A stretch of 64,000 nucleotides of DNA from Candidatus Multivoradales bacterium. GTDB lineage: Bacteria > Acidobacteriota > Thermoanaerobaculia > Multivoradales > J023. This document shows positions 38,644 through 49,435 of the stretch, piece by piece. Where the stretch lies: assembly GCA_965248925.1 (NCBI GenBank), contig CBDFLE010000005.1, forward strand, positions 448,001 to 512,000. The letters run 5' to 3'. A model generated the notes under the pieces. That model was not told where the DNA came from. It did not search any database and saw only the letters and a program-made list of their open reading frames with translations. Position 1 is the stretch's first letter; the number at the start of each line of letters is the position of its first letter. Made by a program: the position numbers and the translations under genes.

Positions 38644-40144
38644 GATACAACACTTTCAACGACGCCATCCTGGTTTGGGGCGCGCGGGTTGTCTGCTGGT
38701 CGCGCTGGCGGTCCTGTGGACTAGCGCCTGCGACTCACAGCGAGCGCGCAAACCACCCAGCTCGGCCATCTGGCTGGGCAGCAACGCGCCTTTGCTGGAG
38801 GCCAGCCACTTGTCCCGCTTGCGGGCTGCCGGAGTAGACGAGCTGTTCTTACAAGCCGCTGAACTGAGTTCCTCTGGTTCCCTGGCGCAGCGCTTCGAAC
38901 TCCCCCGGTTACCGCCTGGCACCACCGCTACTTTGGTGTTGACCGGCGCCTTGGATCCGCTGGCGGTAGACGTCGAGAGCTTGGCCGCCGATCTGCGTCA
39001 GCTGCGATTTGAGGCCGAAGGGGAGGGAATAGTGCCGCTGGGCTTTCATTTCGACCTCTTGGAGGTCGGCAGTCGCAGCGCCTATGCTGAGATGTTCGGC
39101 GAGCTGCGGCCCAAGCTCGGCGGTAGCTCCTACTTGTCGGCCAGCGCGCCGCGGCAGTGGGTGGGTAGCGTGGGCTATGCGGAGTTGTCCAAGGCGACTG
39201 ATTTCCTGGTGGTATTTCTCTATGGCCAAAGGGTGCATGAGCTAGAGGATTTGGCGGCTTGGGATCAGACCGAGATCGAACGTCAGCTGCAGCAGATCGA
39301 AGCCTTGGCCCAACCTTATTTGCTTGGCTTGGTGACTTTGGGCACCGCCACTCATCTGACATCAGGCGGCCAAGTTCGGGCGCGGACCACCCGCATCAGT
39401 CTGCCCGAGGTGTTGTGGAATCGGGCGCTCAAGCTACAGCCAGGGTTCACTTTGGCGGCCGGTAGTCGACGGGTTTATGAGGTCGGTGCCCTGCGCCGAG
39501 CAACCGTCGGCCCGTTTGAACTCAAGAGTGGCGACCGGGTGCGGGTAGTGCGACCGGCGAGTGCCGACTTGGAGGAACTCGGCAGGCTGCTCGGCGCCTG
39601 GCACACCCCGAATTGCCTTGGCCGGCTGTACTATCGCCTGGCCGGAGACGAAGAGCGCCTCTCGCTGAGTCTCGGCAACTTGCTCAATGCCCTCGATCCC
39701 AATCCCGCCACCCCGGACCTGGAGCTGCAAGCGGCGGTGCAACGCCGGATCGGCGGTGGCTACCGCATGCGTTTCGCTATTCGCAATCGCAATGGTGAGA
39801 TCACCGATCTCTCGCTGCTCGACAACAACTACTTGCAGGTGACGGTCAAGAACGGCACGGTGATCGGCCACCGGGTCGACGTGGGTGATTTCTATCGCTT
39901 CGACCTGCTGCGCCACGATAGCGACGGCGAACTCGAACGCACTTTTCGTAATCCCGATGTGATCCGCCTGCACCTTGCCATCCTCGGCGGTGACCAGCGG
40001 GTGGAGACTGGCGATCTGGAGCTGCGCACCCGCGGGGTGCCGGAATTAGAGTTGCGAGCGGTCTTCCTGCTCAGCGACGGGCGCAACCTGGAGGTCGGCC
40101 CGACCCATTGGCGCGGCAGCGAGCAGGTCGGTGGTGGCGGTTGA
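38636..40144 (+). CDS. putative lipoprotein, possible DUF3142/GH18-like TIM barrel
   Basis: Lipobox-like WTSAC; GFHFD and DFLVVFLYG strands; 8-bp overlap with the kinase gene. Confidence 0.5.
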   Translation: MSEIQHFQRRHPGLGRAGCLLVALAVLWTSACDSQRARKPPSSAIWLGSNAPLLEASHLSRLRAAGVDELFLQAAELSSSGSLAQRFELPRLPPGTTATLVLTGALDPLAVDVESLAADLRQLRFEAEGEGIVPLGFHFDLLEVGSRSAYAEMFGELRPKLGGSSYLSASAPRQWVGSVGYAELSKATDFLVVFLYGQRVHELEDLAAWDQTEIERQLQQIEALAQPYLLGLVTLGTATHLTSGGQVRARTTRISLPEVLWNRALKLQPGFTLAAGSRRVYEVGALRRATVGPFELKSGDRVRVVRPASADLEELGRLLGAWHTPNCLGRLYYRLAGDEERLSLSLGNLLNALDPNPATPDLELQAAVQRRIGGGYRMRFAIRNRNGEITDLSLLDNNYLQVTVKNGTVIGHRVDVGDFYRFDLLRHDSDGELERTFRNPDVIRLHLAILGGDQRVETGDLELRTRGVPELELRAVFLLSDGRNLEVGPTHWRGSEQVGGGG

Positions 40145-40863
40145 GCAGGCTGCTGCAGGCAGCCGCGGCACCGGTGGTGGATGTCTACCGTGGCCTTGAT
40201 CGTTGCTTGGCGGCAGGCTGGAGCGGCTTGCTGCGGGTCGTCGCCGGACTGCTTTTGGGCTGGTGGATCTACGTCCCCTGGCACGAACTACTGCACGCCT
40301 TAGGCTGCTGGGCAAGCGGCGGCCAGGTGGGTCGATTGGAGATTGCCGAACTCTATGGCGGCAAGGTGCTGGCCCATTACTTCAGCTTTGTCGAGGCGGG
40401 TGGGGAGTACGCCGGCCGCCTGGCTGACTTCGACACCGGCGGTAGTGATGTCATTTATCTGGCCACTGACCTGGCTCCCTTTTTACTGACTCTGTGGCCT
40501 GGGGTTTGGCTGTTGCGAAGAATGGCGCGGGGCGGACGGCCGCTGTTTTTCGGCGGCGCGCTGCCCTTCGCCTTGGCCCCCTTCTTGTCGCTGACCGGCG
40601 ATGCCTACGAAATCGGCTCGATTCTGGTCACTCGCCTGCCACCGTGGCAGGCGCTGAGCGAAGTCTTGCGGGGTGACGATATCGCCAAGGTGGCGATGGG
40701 TCTGGCGGCGGCCGGCCCGGTAGCTTGGACAGGGTGGGTAATGGCCGGCGTTCTGGGAGCTGTTTGGGCGTGGCTCAGTTGGCGGCTGGGGTCAGCGGTT
40801 GCCGGCCGGTTTGCACAACCTTCACTCGAGGCCTTTATGCCGCCAACCGCAGAGTTGGAGTGA
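40141..40863 (+). CDS. membrane protein with HExxH motif (M50-like metalloprotease?)
   Basis: YVPWHELLHALG in a TM segment, later LAP and GDAY; TTGA overlap with the upstream gene. Confidence 0.55.
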   Translation: MSRLLQAAAAPVVDVYRGLDRCLAAGWSGLLRVVAGLLLGWWIYVPWHELLHALGCWASGGQVGRLEIAELYGGKVLAHYFSFVEAGGEYAGRLADFDTGGSDVIYLATDLAPFLLTLWPGVWLLRRMARGGRPLFFGGALPFALAPFLSLTGDAYEIGSILVTRLPPWQALSEVLRGDDIAKVAMGLAAAGPVAWTGWVMAGVLGAVWAWLSWRLGSAVAGRFAQPSLEAFMPPTAELE

Positions 40864-41092
40864 GATCATCGAATGTACTGGCTAGTGCCAGTGCTCTGCC
40901 TCGAGGCCCTGTTGGGAGTAGCCCCGCCGGCGGTTGGCTGCCGTCTGCGCGACGCGGGAATCACAGTCCAGACGGTGCGGCTGACGGCAGCTGCCGCGAC
41001 TCCGTGCTACCGTGCTGGCAACGAGGCCCCGGCAGCTGCCTTGAGACTAGGCACCCGAGCGGGCCGATCTCTGCGTAGCTGGTGATCGGCGT

Positions 41093-41407
41093 TTGATCGC
41101 CAGCCGTGGCACCAACGACCAAGACTGGAGTGACACCATCAAGACAATCCGCAATGTGACGACCCGGCCTCTCAAGGTGCCCTTGCCACGCGGCAAGGTG
41201 CTTTTCCTGAGTCCCCAAAAAACCGGAGGGATCGCTGATCGGGCGGTGGATCATCCGCCGCTCGCTCGCCTGGTGGAAGCTGGCGAGCTGGAAGTGGTCA
41301 GTAACGCTAGCCACACAGAGCTGCAGAAGGGCTCACCGGGTGCGGTACGCGCTTCGAACCAGGATGCCCACCCGGAACGCACCATGCGTCAACGCGGCGA
41401 CCGTTAG
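41093..41407 (+). CDS. small hypothetical protein
   Basis: IKTIRNVTTRPLKVPLPRGK..HPPLARLVEAGELEVV..RGDR; GGAG RBS precedes ATC at 41138. Confidence 0.55.
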   Translation: MIASRGTNDQDWSDTIKTIRNVTTRPLKVPLPRGKVLFLSPQKTGGIADRAVDHPPLARLVEAGELEVVSNASHTELQKGSPGAVRASNQDAHPERTMRQRGDR

Positions 41408-41462
41408 CCGCCGGCCAAGAGAGGTAGGACTTGGTGATCCGCAATCGTCCGGCACAGGCGGC

Positions 41463-41885
41463 TCAGAACTCCCACAGGGCGCGTATCGGCAGTGCGTCGA
41501 TCCGTGGCCCGCAGGGTAGGGCTTGGTCACCGCGATGCAGCAAGATTCCGCGGTGAAACCGCTCGCCGGTGCTTGCCGCCAGTGTCTTGAGTCCACGCAG
41601 GTCATTCCAATCCCAAGTGGCTCCAGCCTCGACCTCAATGCCAAGAACGCGACCTGCGGCGTCTTCCAACACCAGGTCAACCTCTTGGGCGCTCGAGGTA
41701 CGGAAATGAAATTGGTCAGTCAAACCCGCGATATTCGCCAGATCCCGAATGTCGCGTTGCAGAATAGTGGTGATGTAGGCTGAGAACCAGGCGGAGCGCC
41801 GGTCGTCATCCTGGCGGCTGACGACCTCTGGAAAGCCCCCGGTACATGCTCTGCGAATCAACTCGCTGGCCGATGTTAGCGGCTG
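41463..41885 (-). pseudogene. DUF4143-type ATP-binding protein remnant
   Basis: GGFPEV..YITTILQRDIRDL joined directly to HFRT...EVDLVLE...GIEV; the N-terminal ATPase and the middle are missing. Confidence 0.75.
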
Positions 41886-41931
41886 AGCAAGAACGTATCT
41901 ATTCGGTGTGATCCGAACCGGGGCGCTGCCC

Positions 41932-42240
41932 CTACTCGCGACCAGCGGTGCTTTGGAGATATTTGAGATACCCTTCGATGTCTTCAAGGCCGTCGAGTTC
42001 TCGGATCACCGGCACAACATAGGCCAGGGATCGGATCTTGGCTAGCTTTGGTGCCTCTGGAGATCGAAGGATTCGTCGACCGGATGCGAGGAGAATGGCT
42101 GCTCTGATCTGTTCGAAGGAGACTTGCTGCTGGTGGAGATCTAGAGCGAGCACGCGGTCAGTGGGCCTTGCCTGAGCAGGGGTCTCCCGCTGCTCGAGGT
42201 AGGCTCTGAGAACCGCTTGGACGTAGTCGCACTGGCTCAT
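41932..42240 (-). CDS. hypothetical protein translationally coupled to istB
   Basis: Intact 102-aa ORF with ATGA overlap to the istB stop. Confidence 0.6.
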   Translation of the reverse strand: MSQCDYVQAVLRAYLEQRETPAQARPTDRVLALDLHQQQVSFEQIRAAILLASGRRILRSPEAPKLAKIRSLAYVVPVIRELDGLEDIEGYLKYLQSTAGRE

Positions 42241-42902
42241 GACGCCTTCGCCTTTCGCCGCCGGGCACGGTCTTGTGCTCGCCGTTTCTTTTCCTCTTCT
42301 GCTTCTTTGCGCCGATAGGAGTCGCCGTCGGTGGTCAGCAGAATAGATTTCTTCTGATACCTCCGGCTTACCACCTCGAAGAGGAGGTCGGCGTGGCGAT
42401 GGTCATAGGACAGGTAGCCTAGCTCGTCAATGGCCAGCAGATCGGGCCGGGTGTAGAGGGCCAGGCGCCGCTGCAGAGCCCTGGAACTCTCTTGTGCCGC
42501 GAGGTCGTTGAGCAGCTCGCTGGCGGTGAGCATGCGTCCGGTGGCGCCCCGCAGCAGGGCCTGATAGGTGAGATTCTGAACGATCATCGACTTGCCGACG
42601 CCGTTGGGACCGAAGAGGATGACGTTGGCTCCTTCTTCGAGCCATTGGAAGTTGAAGAGGTCTTCCACCATCAGGCGATCGATCTTTCGTGGCCACTTGT
42701 AGTCGAAGTCGGCCATCGGCTTGAAGGTGCCGATGTGGGCGTTGCGGATTTCTCTCTCGAGGCTCCTCTGGTGTCGCACTATCTCCTCTCGGTCGATCAG
42801 GGGCAGCACCCAAGGCTGGTTTTGAAGTTGACTCCAATCTTCGACCAGACCGTGCAGCCCGAGCTTCTTGGCCCGGATGAGCAGATCCTCAGTCGTCGTC
42901 AT
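42237..42902 (-). pseudogene. istB: IS21 helper ATPase IstB with internal deletion
   Basis: GPNGVGKS, LAIDELGYL; SILLTT is joined directly to DGDSYR, so the segment containing DRL is missing. Confidence 0.8.
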
Positions 42903-43000
42903 GAGGATCCTCCTGGCGGCTAAGACGGTCGTAGTCGTTGAGATCATGAGGGCGCACGTCGAGATCCCGGATTCTGGGATCTTTGGGGGGCCCAGCGACA
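42889..43000 (-). pseudogene. C-terminal tail of an IS21 transposase IstA
   Basis: KDPRIRDLDVRPHDLNDYDRL immediately upstream of and overlapping istB; the rest of istA is absent. Confidence 0.5.
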
Positions 43001-43543
43001 CTTAGACCTGTGCATCTGAGTTGAGCTCCCAGCTCTTCCGGTTCTTGCACTGGCCTGCGGCGATTTCCGGGAGGGTCGAACGAGAGACGTGGTCGGCTGT
43101 GGTGGACTGGGGCCTTGCGCATGGGCTGTCGAGATGCCGAGTCTATTTCTCGATGGTGATAAGCAAATCGCTGGAAACAAGAGACTTGAAGGCGGCACGG
43201 TGGCTGCAGGCATGCATGGCGGCGAAATATCTGCTCTGGGCGGCGATTTCGGCGTCGTCCAGGGGGCTGGAACTCCTGCTTTCATCGATATTTGACACGG
43301 GAGTGCCAGGGCTCTAGCATTGGCTGGCCGGCCTTGCGCGATGGTCTTCTTGGAGTTTATCGAACTTGGGCGGCAACGCCGGGTCTGTTGGGTTCAGCCA
43401 GGCGCTTTGAGATCTAGAAACGCTGGGTTGAAGACGACAAATCGCGGTACTTCTTCAGTCGCATGCTTCCAGTGACGAGAAGGGGGGAATTGGCTTCAGG
43501 GAGTTTATGCCAATTGCCCGCCACAGCTTGGAGATGGCTTTTT

Positions 43544-43984
43544 ATGGAAATCACCCAGGTCAAAGTGTTCCCGGTCCACGAGGACAAGCTTAAAGCGTTC
43601 GTTTCGGTGGTCTTTGATCACTGCTTCATGGTCAATGACATCAAGATCATTCAGGGTAAGGACGGGCTGTTTCTCAGTATGCCTAGCCGGCGCAAGAAGA
43701 CTGGCGAGTTCAAGGATGTTGCCCATCCTTTGAACAACGAGACCCGTCGCTTGCTCGAAGAGAGGGTGTTGACGGAGTATCGTCAGATGGTGGACGACCC
43801 GACCCCCCGGCGCCCCGACCGCGAGGGTGAGGAGGAGGGAGAGGCGGCCACTGCCTCGGCCGGCGACTCCCAGCCCGAGGTCTCCGCGCCAGCCACCGGC
43901 GAAGGTCTCGACAGCAAGGCCGAAAAGACTCTCGAAGAAGTGCAGGAAATGCATTTGCGAGACTCTTTTTGGAGTGTTTCGTGA
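43544..43984 (+). CDS. spoVG: SpoVG family nucleic-acid-binding regulator
   Basis: MEITQVKVFP..LKAFVSVVFD..DIKII..LFLSMPSR..FKDVAHP; acidic tail. Confidence 0.92.
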   Translation: MEITQVKVFPVHEDKLKAFVSVVFDHCFMVNDIKIIQGKDGLFLSMPSRRKKTGEFKDVAHPLNNETRRLLEERVLTEYRQMVDDPTPRRPDREGEEEGEAATASAGDSQPEVSAPATGEGLDSKAEKTLEEVQEMHLRDSFWSVS

Positions 43985-44282
43985 CCTAGGTGCCACACTT
44001 TCTTGGACGGATGGCAGCGGCCGCCGCTGACCGCTGGCCTGCAGACCGTGGTGGTGTTGGTTTGCTCTGCCTCTGAATTCGGCCGCGGCGCGAAAATGTA
44101 CCCAAGAATCCTCACGACTCGGTTACAATCCCGCTGCCGCTCCCGGTTGCAAGAGGCTTGATGCTGCGGCCCGTCGCGGGCTGAGCGCGGCTTTCCGTCC
44201 GCCAGGGGGCGCAAAAGGCAGGCCAGCGGGCCTATATCCGATGACAGTCGACGGCGGCGGCTACCGCCCGAGTGAGCACAGA

Positions 44283-45224
44283 ATGTATGGCGAGCTGAAG
44301 ATTTTCAGTGGCAGCGCTCATCCGCAGTTGACTGAGGATATCTGCCAGTATCTGAACGTGCCGCAAGGGAAGCTCGAGATCTTCAGCTTCTCAGATGGTG
44401 AGAAGTTCTGCCAGCTGAGCGAGAACGTGCGCGGCTGCGATGCTTTCTTGGTGCAACCGACCTGTGCCCCGGCTAACGACAATCTGGTCGAGCTGCTGAT
44501 CATCCTCGACGCCCTGAGGCGGGCTTCGGTGTGTCGGGTAACGGCGGTGTTGCCGTACTACGGCTATGCTCGCCAGGACAAGAAAGACGCTCCCCGAGTG
44601 CCGATTACTGCCAAGTTGGTCGCCGATTTGATCACTACCGCCGGCGCCGACCGACTTCTCACCATGGATCTGCACGCACCGCAGATTCAAGGCTTCTTCA
44701 ACATTCCAGTGGACCACCTTTTTGCCGCTCCGGTGGTCCTCGATGCAATCCGCGAGATGGAGATCGAGGATCTGGTGATCGTCTCGCCGGACGCTGGCGG
44801 GGTGGAGCGGGCGCGAGCGATCGCCAAACGCTTGGAGACCGGCCTGGCCATCGTCGACAAGCGGCGCAGCAAGCCCAACGAAGCCTCGGTGATGCATGTC
44901 ATCGGCGAGGTTCAAGGCAGAACGGCTTTGATCCTCGATGATATCGTCGATACCGCCGGCACTTTGGTGCATACAGTGCAGGCGTTGGTGGACAAAGGCG
45001 CGCACCGGGTGCTGGCGGCCGGCGTTCACGGTATACTCTCCGGCCCGGCCTTGGAGCGCATCGAGAAATCACCCGTGGAGCGGGTTTTGATCACAAATAC
45101 CACTCCGCTTACCGAGAAACTGCGGCATTCAACCAAGTTGCAGCCGCTGACTGTCGCACCGTTGCTCGGCGAAGCGATCCAGAGAATTCACAGCAATAGC
45201 TCGGTCTCGTCGCTGTTTGTCTGA
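44283..45224 (+). CDS. prs: ribose-phosphate pyrophosphokinase
   Basis: FSDGE, PYYGYARQD, DLHAPQIQGFF, VSPDAGG, DDIVDTAGT. Confidence 0.97.
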   Translation: MYGELKIFSGSAHPQLTEDICQYLNVPQGKLEIFSFSDGEKFCQLSENVRGCDAFLVQPTCAPANDNLVELLIILDALRRASVCRVTAVLPYYGYARQDKKDAPRVPITAKLVADLITTAGADRLLTMDLHAPQIQGFFNIPVDHLFAAPVVLDAIREMEIEDLVIVSPDAGGVERARAIAKRLETGLAIVDKRRSKPNEASVMHVIGEVQGRTALILDDIVDTAGTLVHTVQALVDKGAHRVLAAGVHGILSGPALERIEKSPVERVLITNTTPLTEKLRHSTKLQPLTVAPLLGEAIQRIHSNSSVSSLFV

Positions 45225-45269
45225 AGCGATGATCGTCTGTTGACCGATTAGATCCGTGAGGAAGCAGCT

Positions 45270-45929
45270 ATGAGCGAGTCCACTATCGAAGTGCAACAGC
45301 GTGTCGCCGAGGGCAAGAACGCCAATCGGCGGCTGCGCGCCGCTGGAGTTATTCCGGCGGTACTCTACGGCGGCGGGGGCGACTCGGTGCCAATCCAGAT
45401 CAACCAGCACCAAATCGACGAGCTGCTGCGCTCTCGGGCCGGTGAGAACACGGTCTTCTTGCTCAAGCTAGAAGGCACCAAGAAGAGCCGTCACTCGATG
45501 ATCCGCGACCTGCAGAAGGATTCCATCACCGGCCACCTGATTCACATCGACTTCCAGCGCATTCTGCTAGATCAGAAGATTAAGCTGGCGGTGCCGGTCG
45601 AGATCGTTGGTGTACCAGAGGGGGTCAAGACCGAAGGCGGCATACTCGACTTCGTAACTCGGGAAGTCGAAATCGAGTGCTTACCGACCCAGATACCGAA
45701 CCAGATCAGGGTTGATGTCGAAGCGCTACATGTTGGCCAGCACATCGAGGCTGGGCAGATTGAACTGCCCAAGGGCATCGAGCTGCTGACCGATCGAGAG
45801 CGCGTGCTGGTGTCGATCGCCATCGCCCGGGTCGTCGAGGAAGAGGCCGAGGAGAGCGAGGAGCTACTCGAGGCCGAGACTGCGCAGCCTGAAGTGGTGG
45901 GTGGGGACTCTGAGGAAGGCGCCGGCTAA
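45270..45929 (+). CDS. rplY: 50S ribosomal protein L25/Ctc
   Basis: GKNANRRLR..IPAVLYG, HIDFQR, GVKTEGG. Confidence 0.95.
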   Translation: MSESTIEVQQRVAEGKNANRRLRAAGVIPAVLYGGGGDSVPIQINQHQIDELLRSRAGENTVFLLKLEGTKKSRHSMIRDLQKDSITGHLIHIDFQRILLDQKIKLAVPVEIVGVPEGVKTEGGILDFVTREVEIECLPTQIPNQIRVDVEALHVGQHIEAGQIELPKGIELLTDRERVLVSIAIARVVEEEAEESEELLEAETAQPEVVGGDSEEGAG

Positions 45930-45997
45930 GAGTTGGCCATAGGTCGCTGCCGGCTAGGTTTGTCTGGCCGGCTGACCGACCTGTCTCAGACTGCACT

Positions 45998-46591
45998 ATG
46001 AAACGAGACGATAATTCCAAAACCACCGCCCCAGCGGTGGTTTTGGGGCTTGGCAACCCTGGCCGGCGCTTTGTTGCGACTCGCCATAACGTGGGCTTTC
46101 GAGTGCTCGACGAGCTGGCACGCCGACGCGAGGTGGCGTTGGATCACCAAGAGTGCGGCGCGCTGATAGGTGAAGGTAGCGAACTGTTGCTGGTGGCGCC
46201 GCAGATCTACATGAATCGCAGCGGCTTCACCGCCCGCTGTTTGGTCGAGCGTCGAGGGGTAACGCCTGAACGCATCTTGGTGGTCTATGACGAACTACGC
46301 CTACCTCTCGGCAAGCTTCGGCTGCGCCGCGCCGGCAGTCCCGGCGGGCATCGGGGGATGGAGTCCGTAGCCGAGAATTTAGGTAGTGATCAAGTGCCGC
46401 GACTGCGTCTTGGAGTGGGCAGCCTGGATGGGGATCCGGATGGAGGCGAAGCACAGGTTGATTTTGTGCTCTCACCTTTCGCCAAGGAGCAGTTCGAGGC
46501 AGTGGAAAAGATGATCTGTCGCGCGGCCGATGCCTGCGAGACTTGGCTGAGTGATGGAATTGAGGTCGCCATGCAACGATTTAACGGCTGA
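45998..46591 (+). CDS. pth: peptidyl-tRNA hydrolase
   Basis: GLGNPG, TRHNVGF, YMNRSG, GGHRG, RLRLGVG. Confidence 0.95.
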   Translation: MKRDDNSKTTAPAVVLGLGNPGRRFVATRHNVGFRVLDELARRREVALDHQECGALIGEGSELLLVAPQIYMNRSGFTARCLVERRGVTPERILVVYDELRLPLGKLRLRRAGSPGGHRGMESVAENLGSDQVPRLRLGVGSLDGDPDGGEAQVDFVLSPFAKEQFEAVEKMICRAADACETWLSDGIEVAMQRFNG

Positions 46592-46783
46592 GCCGGAGTT
46601 GCTGGACGAGTTGCAAGCTGACTTTAGTCGTACCACGACATCGCATCGCATACGAGCAGGACACCGGAGGCGAGGCTGAGCCGACCTTTCGCTGGCCTGC
46701 CAGTGGAGTTGGAGAATTCGCCAGAAGCCGCCGTGGAGGTGGTGCTGAACAGAGGCCCCCCTGTGGGGCAGGAAGGAGAAGAA

Positions 46784-48865
46784 GTGGACAGCCAAACAAT
46801 CTTGTACGCCATTCCCTTGGCGGGAGTGTTGGCATTGATCTTCGCCGCGCTACGCGCCCGCTGGATCGGTGCCCAGGATGCGGGCAACGCCGAGATGATC
46901 ACCATCGCCGGTCACATTCGTGATGGCGCGATGGCATTTCTACGCCGTGAATACACCGTTTTGGCCATTTTCGTCGTCGTTGTGGCGGCGTTGCTAGCCT
47001 TTGCTAATAGCGGCCGTGCCGACAGCTCATCGTTGATCGGCCTGTCGGTATTGGCTGGTGCGGTGTGCTCGGGCCTAGCCGGTTTCTTCGGCATGCGGGT
47101 GGCCACCGCCGCCAACGTGCGCACCGCGTCGGCCGCGCGTAGCGGCCTCAACGGTGCTCTGAGAGTCGCTTTCTCGGGTGGCGCGGTGATGGGATTCTGC
47201 GTCGTTGGTCTGGGAGTGTTGGGGCTGTCACTGCTCTTCTTGCTGTACGCCAGCCAGTTTGCCGGCGCCGACGGCGGTACGGATTGGGTGCGGGTGATCC
47301 GCGTGGTCACTGGCTTCTCATTCGGCGCTAGCTCGATCGCTCTCTTCGCTCGGGTCGGCGGTGGTATCTACACCAAGGCGGCCGATGTCGGCGCTGATCT
47401 GGTGGGTAAGGTGGAAGCGGGCATTCCCGAGGACGATCCGCGCAACCCGGCGGTGATCGCTGACGCCGTTGGCGACAACGTTGGCGATGTCGCCGGGATG
47501 GGAGCCGACCTCTTCGAGTCCTATGTTGGGGCCATCGTTGGCGCCTTGGTGCTTGGCGGTGCCGCCACGGTCTCCGCCGGAGCCGGCACCACGGGCATTC
47601 CCCGCCTGGTGCTGTTGCCGTTGGTGCTGGCTGCGTTGGGCATCGTCGTATCGTTGGCCGGCACCTTGTTGGTGCGGACGAAGGATGGCGGTAACCCCAG
47701 CCACGCCCTGCATCGAGGCACTCTGGGTTCGGCCATTGTGATGTTAGTCGCTACCTTCTTCGTGACTCGTGCTTTGTTGCCGGGGACCTACAATCTCGAG
47801 GGCCAGGATTTTGGCGCCAGTGGCGTCTTCTGGGCTACTTTGGCGGGCCTGTTGGCAGGAGTGTTGATTGGTCTAATCACCGAGTACTACACTTCGGAAG
47901 AGCGGGCGCCGGCGCGGGCCATTGCTCGTGAGAGCGAAACCGGTGCGGCCACCAACATCATTGCCGGCCTCGCGCTGGGCATGAAATCGACCGCCTTGCC
48001 GGTGATCGTGCTGGTCGCCGCCATGCTGGTGGCCTTCGACCAGGCGGGCCTCTATGGCATCGCCATTGCTGCCCTGGGCATGCTTTCCACTACCGGCATC
48101 CAGTTGGCGGTCGATGCCTACGGCCCGATCGCCGACAATGCCGGCGGTATCGCCGAGATGGCTCATCTGGGCGAGGACGTTCGGGCGCGTACCGATAAGC
48201 TCGACGCGGTGGGCAACACCACGGCGGCCATCGGTAAGGGCTTCGCCATTGGTTCGGCGGCGCTCACCGCGCTGGCGTTGTTCGCTGCTTTCCGCACTGA
48301 GGCGGGGGTCACCGACATCATCCTCACCGATCCCCTGGTTATGGCCGGCCTGTTCATCGGCGCGATGCTGCCTTTCTTGTTCTCGGCGATGGCTATGCAG
48401 GCGGTTGGCAAAGCAGCTTTCGAGATGATCGAAGAGGTTCGCCATCAGTTCAAGACGATTGACGGCTTGATGGAGGGCAAGGCGCAGCCCGACTATGCCA
48501 AATGCATCGATATTTCCACCAAGGCGGCCATTCGCGAGATGGTGCTGCCAGGTCTGCTGGCGATCACGGTGCCGGTAGCTGTAGGGTTCATTTTCGATGC
48601 CAAGGCCCTTTGCGGGGTGCTCGCTGGAGTCACCACCAGCGGCGTCATGCTGGCCATTTTCCAGGCCAACGCCGGCGGCGCTTGGGACAACGCCAAGAAG
48701 TACATCGAGGCTGGGCACCACGGCGGCAAGGGCTCCGATGCCCACCACGCGGCGGTAACGGGCGATACGGTTGGCGACCCATTCAAGGACACCTCGGGAC
48801 CGAGCTTGAACATCTTGATCAAGCTGATGACCGTCGTTTCTCTAGTTATTGCGCCGATGCTCTAA
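46784..48865 (+). CDS. hppA: membrane-bound pyrophosphatase, K+-dependent, probably Na+-translocating
   Basis: [57 protein letters not shown]; AAGGAG RBS + GTG 46784. Confidence 0.93.
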   Translation: MDSQTILYAIPLAGVLALIFAALRARWIGAQDAGNAEMITIAGHIRDGAMAFLRREYTVLAIFVVVVAALLAFANSGRADSSSLIGLSVLAGAVCSGLAGFFGMRVATAANVRTASAARSGLNGALRVAFSGGAVMGFCVVGLGVLGLSLLFLLYASQFAGADGGTDWVRVIRVVTGFSFGASSIALFARVGGGIYTKAADVGADLVGKVEAGIPEDDPRNPAVIADAVGDNVGDVAGMGADLFESYVGAIVGALVLGGAATVSAGAGTTGIPRLVLLPLVLAALGIVVSLAGTLLVRTKDGGNPSHALHRGTLGSAIVMLVATFFVTRALLPGTYNLEGQDFGASGVFWATLAGLLAGVLIGLITEYYTSEERAPARAIARESETGAATNIIAGLALGMKSTALPVIVLVAAMLVAFDQAGLYGIAIAALGMLSTTGIQLAVDAYGPIADNAGGIAEMAHLGEDVRARTDKLDAVGNTTAAIGKGFAIGSAALTALALFAAFRTEAGVTDIILTDPLVMAGLFIGAMLPFLFSAMAMQAVGKAAFEMIEEVRHQFKTIDGLMEGKAQPDYAKCIDISTKAAIREMVLPGLLAITVPVAVGFIFDAKALCGVLAGVTTSGVMLAIFQANAGGAWDNAKKYIEAGHHGGKGSDAHHAAVTGDTVGDPFKDTSGPSLNILIKLMTVVSLVIAPML

Positions 48866-48963
48866 GCTTCCAGCGCGACTGTGGCTTGCGTTTTTGGTCG
48901 GAAGGCTTAGAATAGCGAGCTTCCTGCGGGCTATCCGTTAGGGTGTGGCCCGCACCACACACC

Positions 48964-49016
48964 ACCTCTCTGTTCCGCGCAGCAAGACGCGGGACCGAAT
49001 GAGGCCAGAGGGAGGT
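48964..49016 (+). ncRNA. putative S6:S18 ribosomal leader (cis-regulatory RNA)
   Basis: Outer stem ACCTCTCTG / CAGAGGGAGGT covering the RBS; inner hairpin TTCCGCG / CGCGGGA; unpaired CCG; directly upstream of rpsF. Confidence 0.6.
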
Positions 49017-49022
49017 CCATTG

Positions 49023-49433
49023 ATGACCCGTACCTACGAGTTGGGCTTTGTAGTAGAACCTCGTCAGAGTGACGAGGAAGTGCAAGCCCTGACCGACAAA
49101 TACAAAGAGATGATTGTGGCCGCCGGCGCCGAGGTCACCTACGAAGATCATTGGGGCAAGCGCAAGCTGGCCTATCCGATCGAAAAGTACACCGAGGGCA
49201 AATACGTCTTCCTGTACATCTCCGCCAATGGCACGGTGCCGCCGTTCCCTGAGATTGAGCGCCTGATGGGCCAGAACGACAAGGTGCTGCGGTTCCTGAC
49301 AGTGCGCACCGATGAGGGCATCAAGCGGGCGATGCGCAAGGGCAAGATCAAGCCCCACATTCCCGGTCAAGAAGAAGAAGCAGAGCCCGCGGTCGAGGAG
49401 ACCGACAAGGCTGACGAGAGCCAGGAGAGCTGA
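49023..49433 (+). CDS. rpsF: 30S ribosomal protein S6
   Basis: [25 protein letters not shown]. Confidence 0.95.
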   Translation: MTRTYELGFVVEPRQSDEEVQALTDKYKEMIVAAGAEVTYEDHWGKRKLAYPIEKYTEGKYVFLYISANGTVPPFPEIERLMGQNDKVLRFLTVRTDEGIKRAMRKGKIKPHIPGQEEEAEPAVEETDKADESQES

Positions 49434-49435
49434 AG

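Noticed and set aside
40873-41085. 70-aa ORF after the HExxH gene
   Set aside because: No RBS or motif; cannot be supported
43985-44282. tRNA-Gln often found between spoVG and prs
   Set aside because: No cloverleaf or TTCGA T-loop is recognisable here
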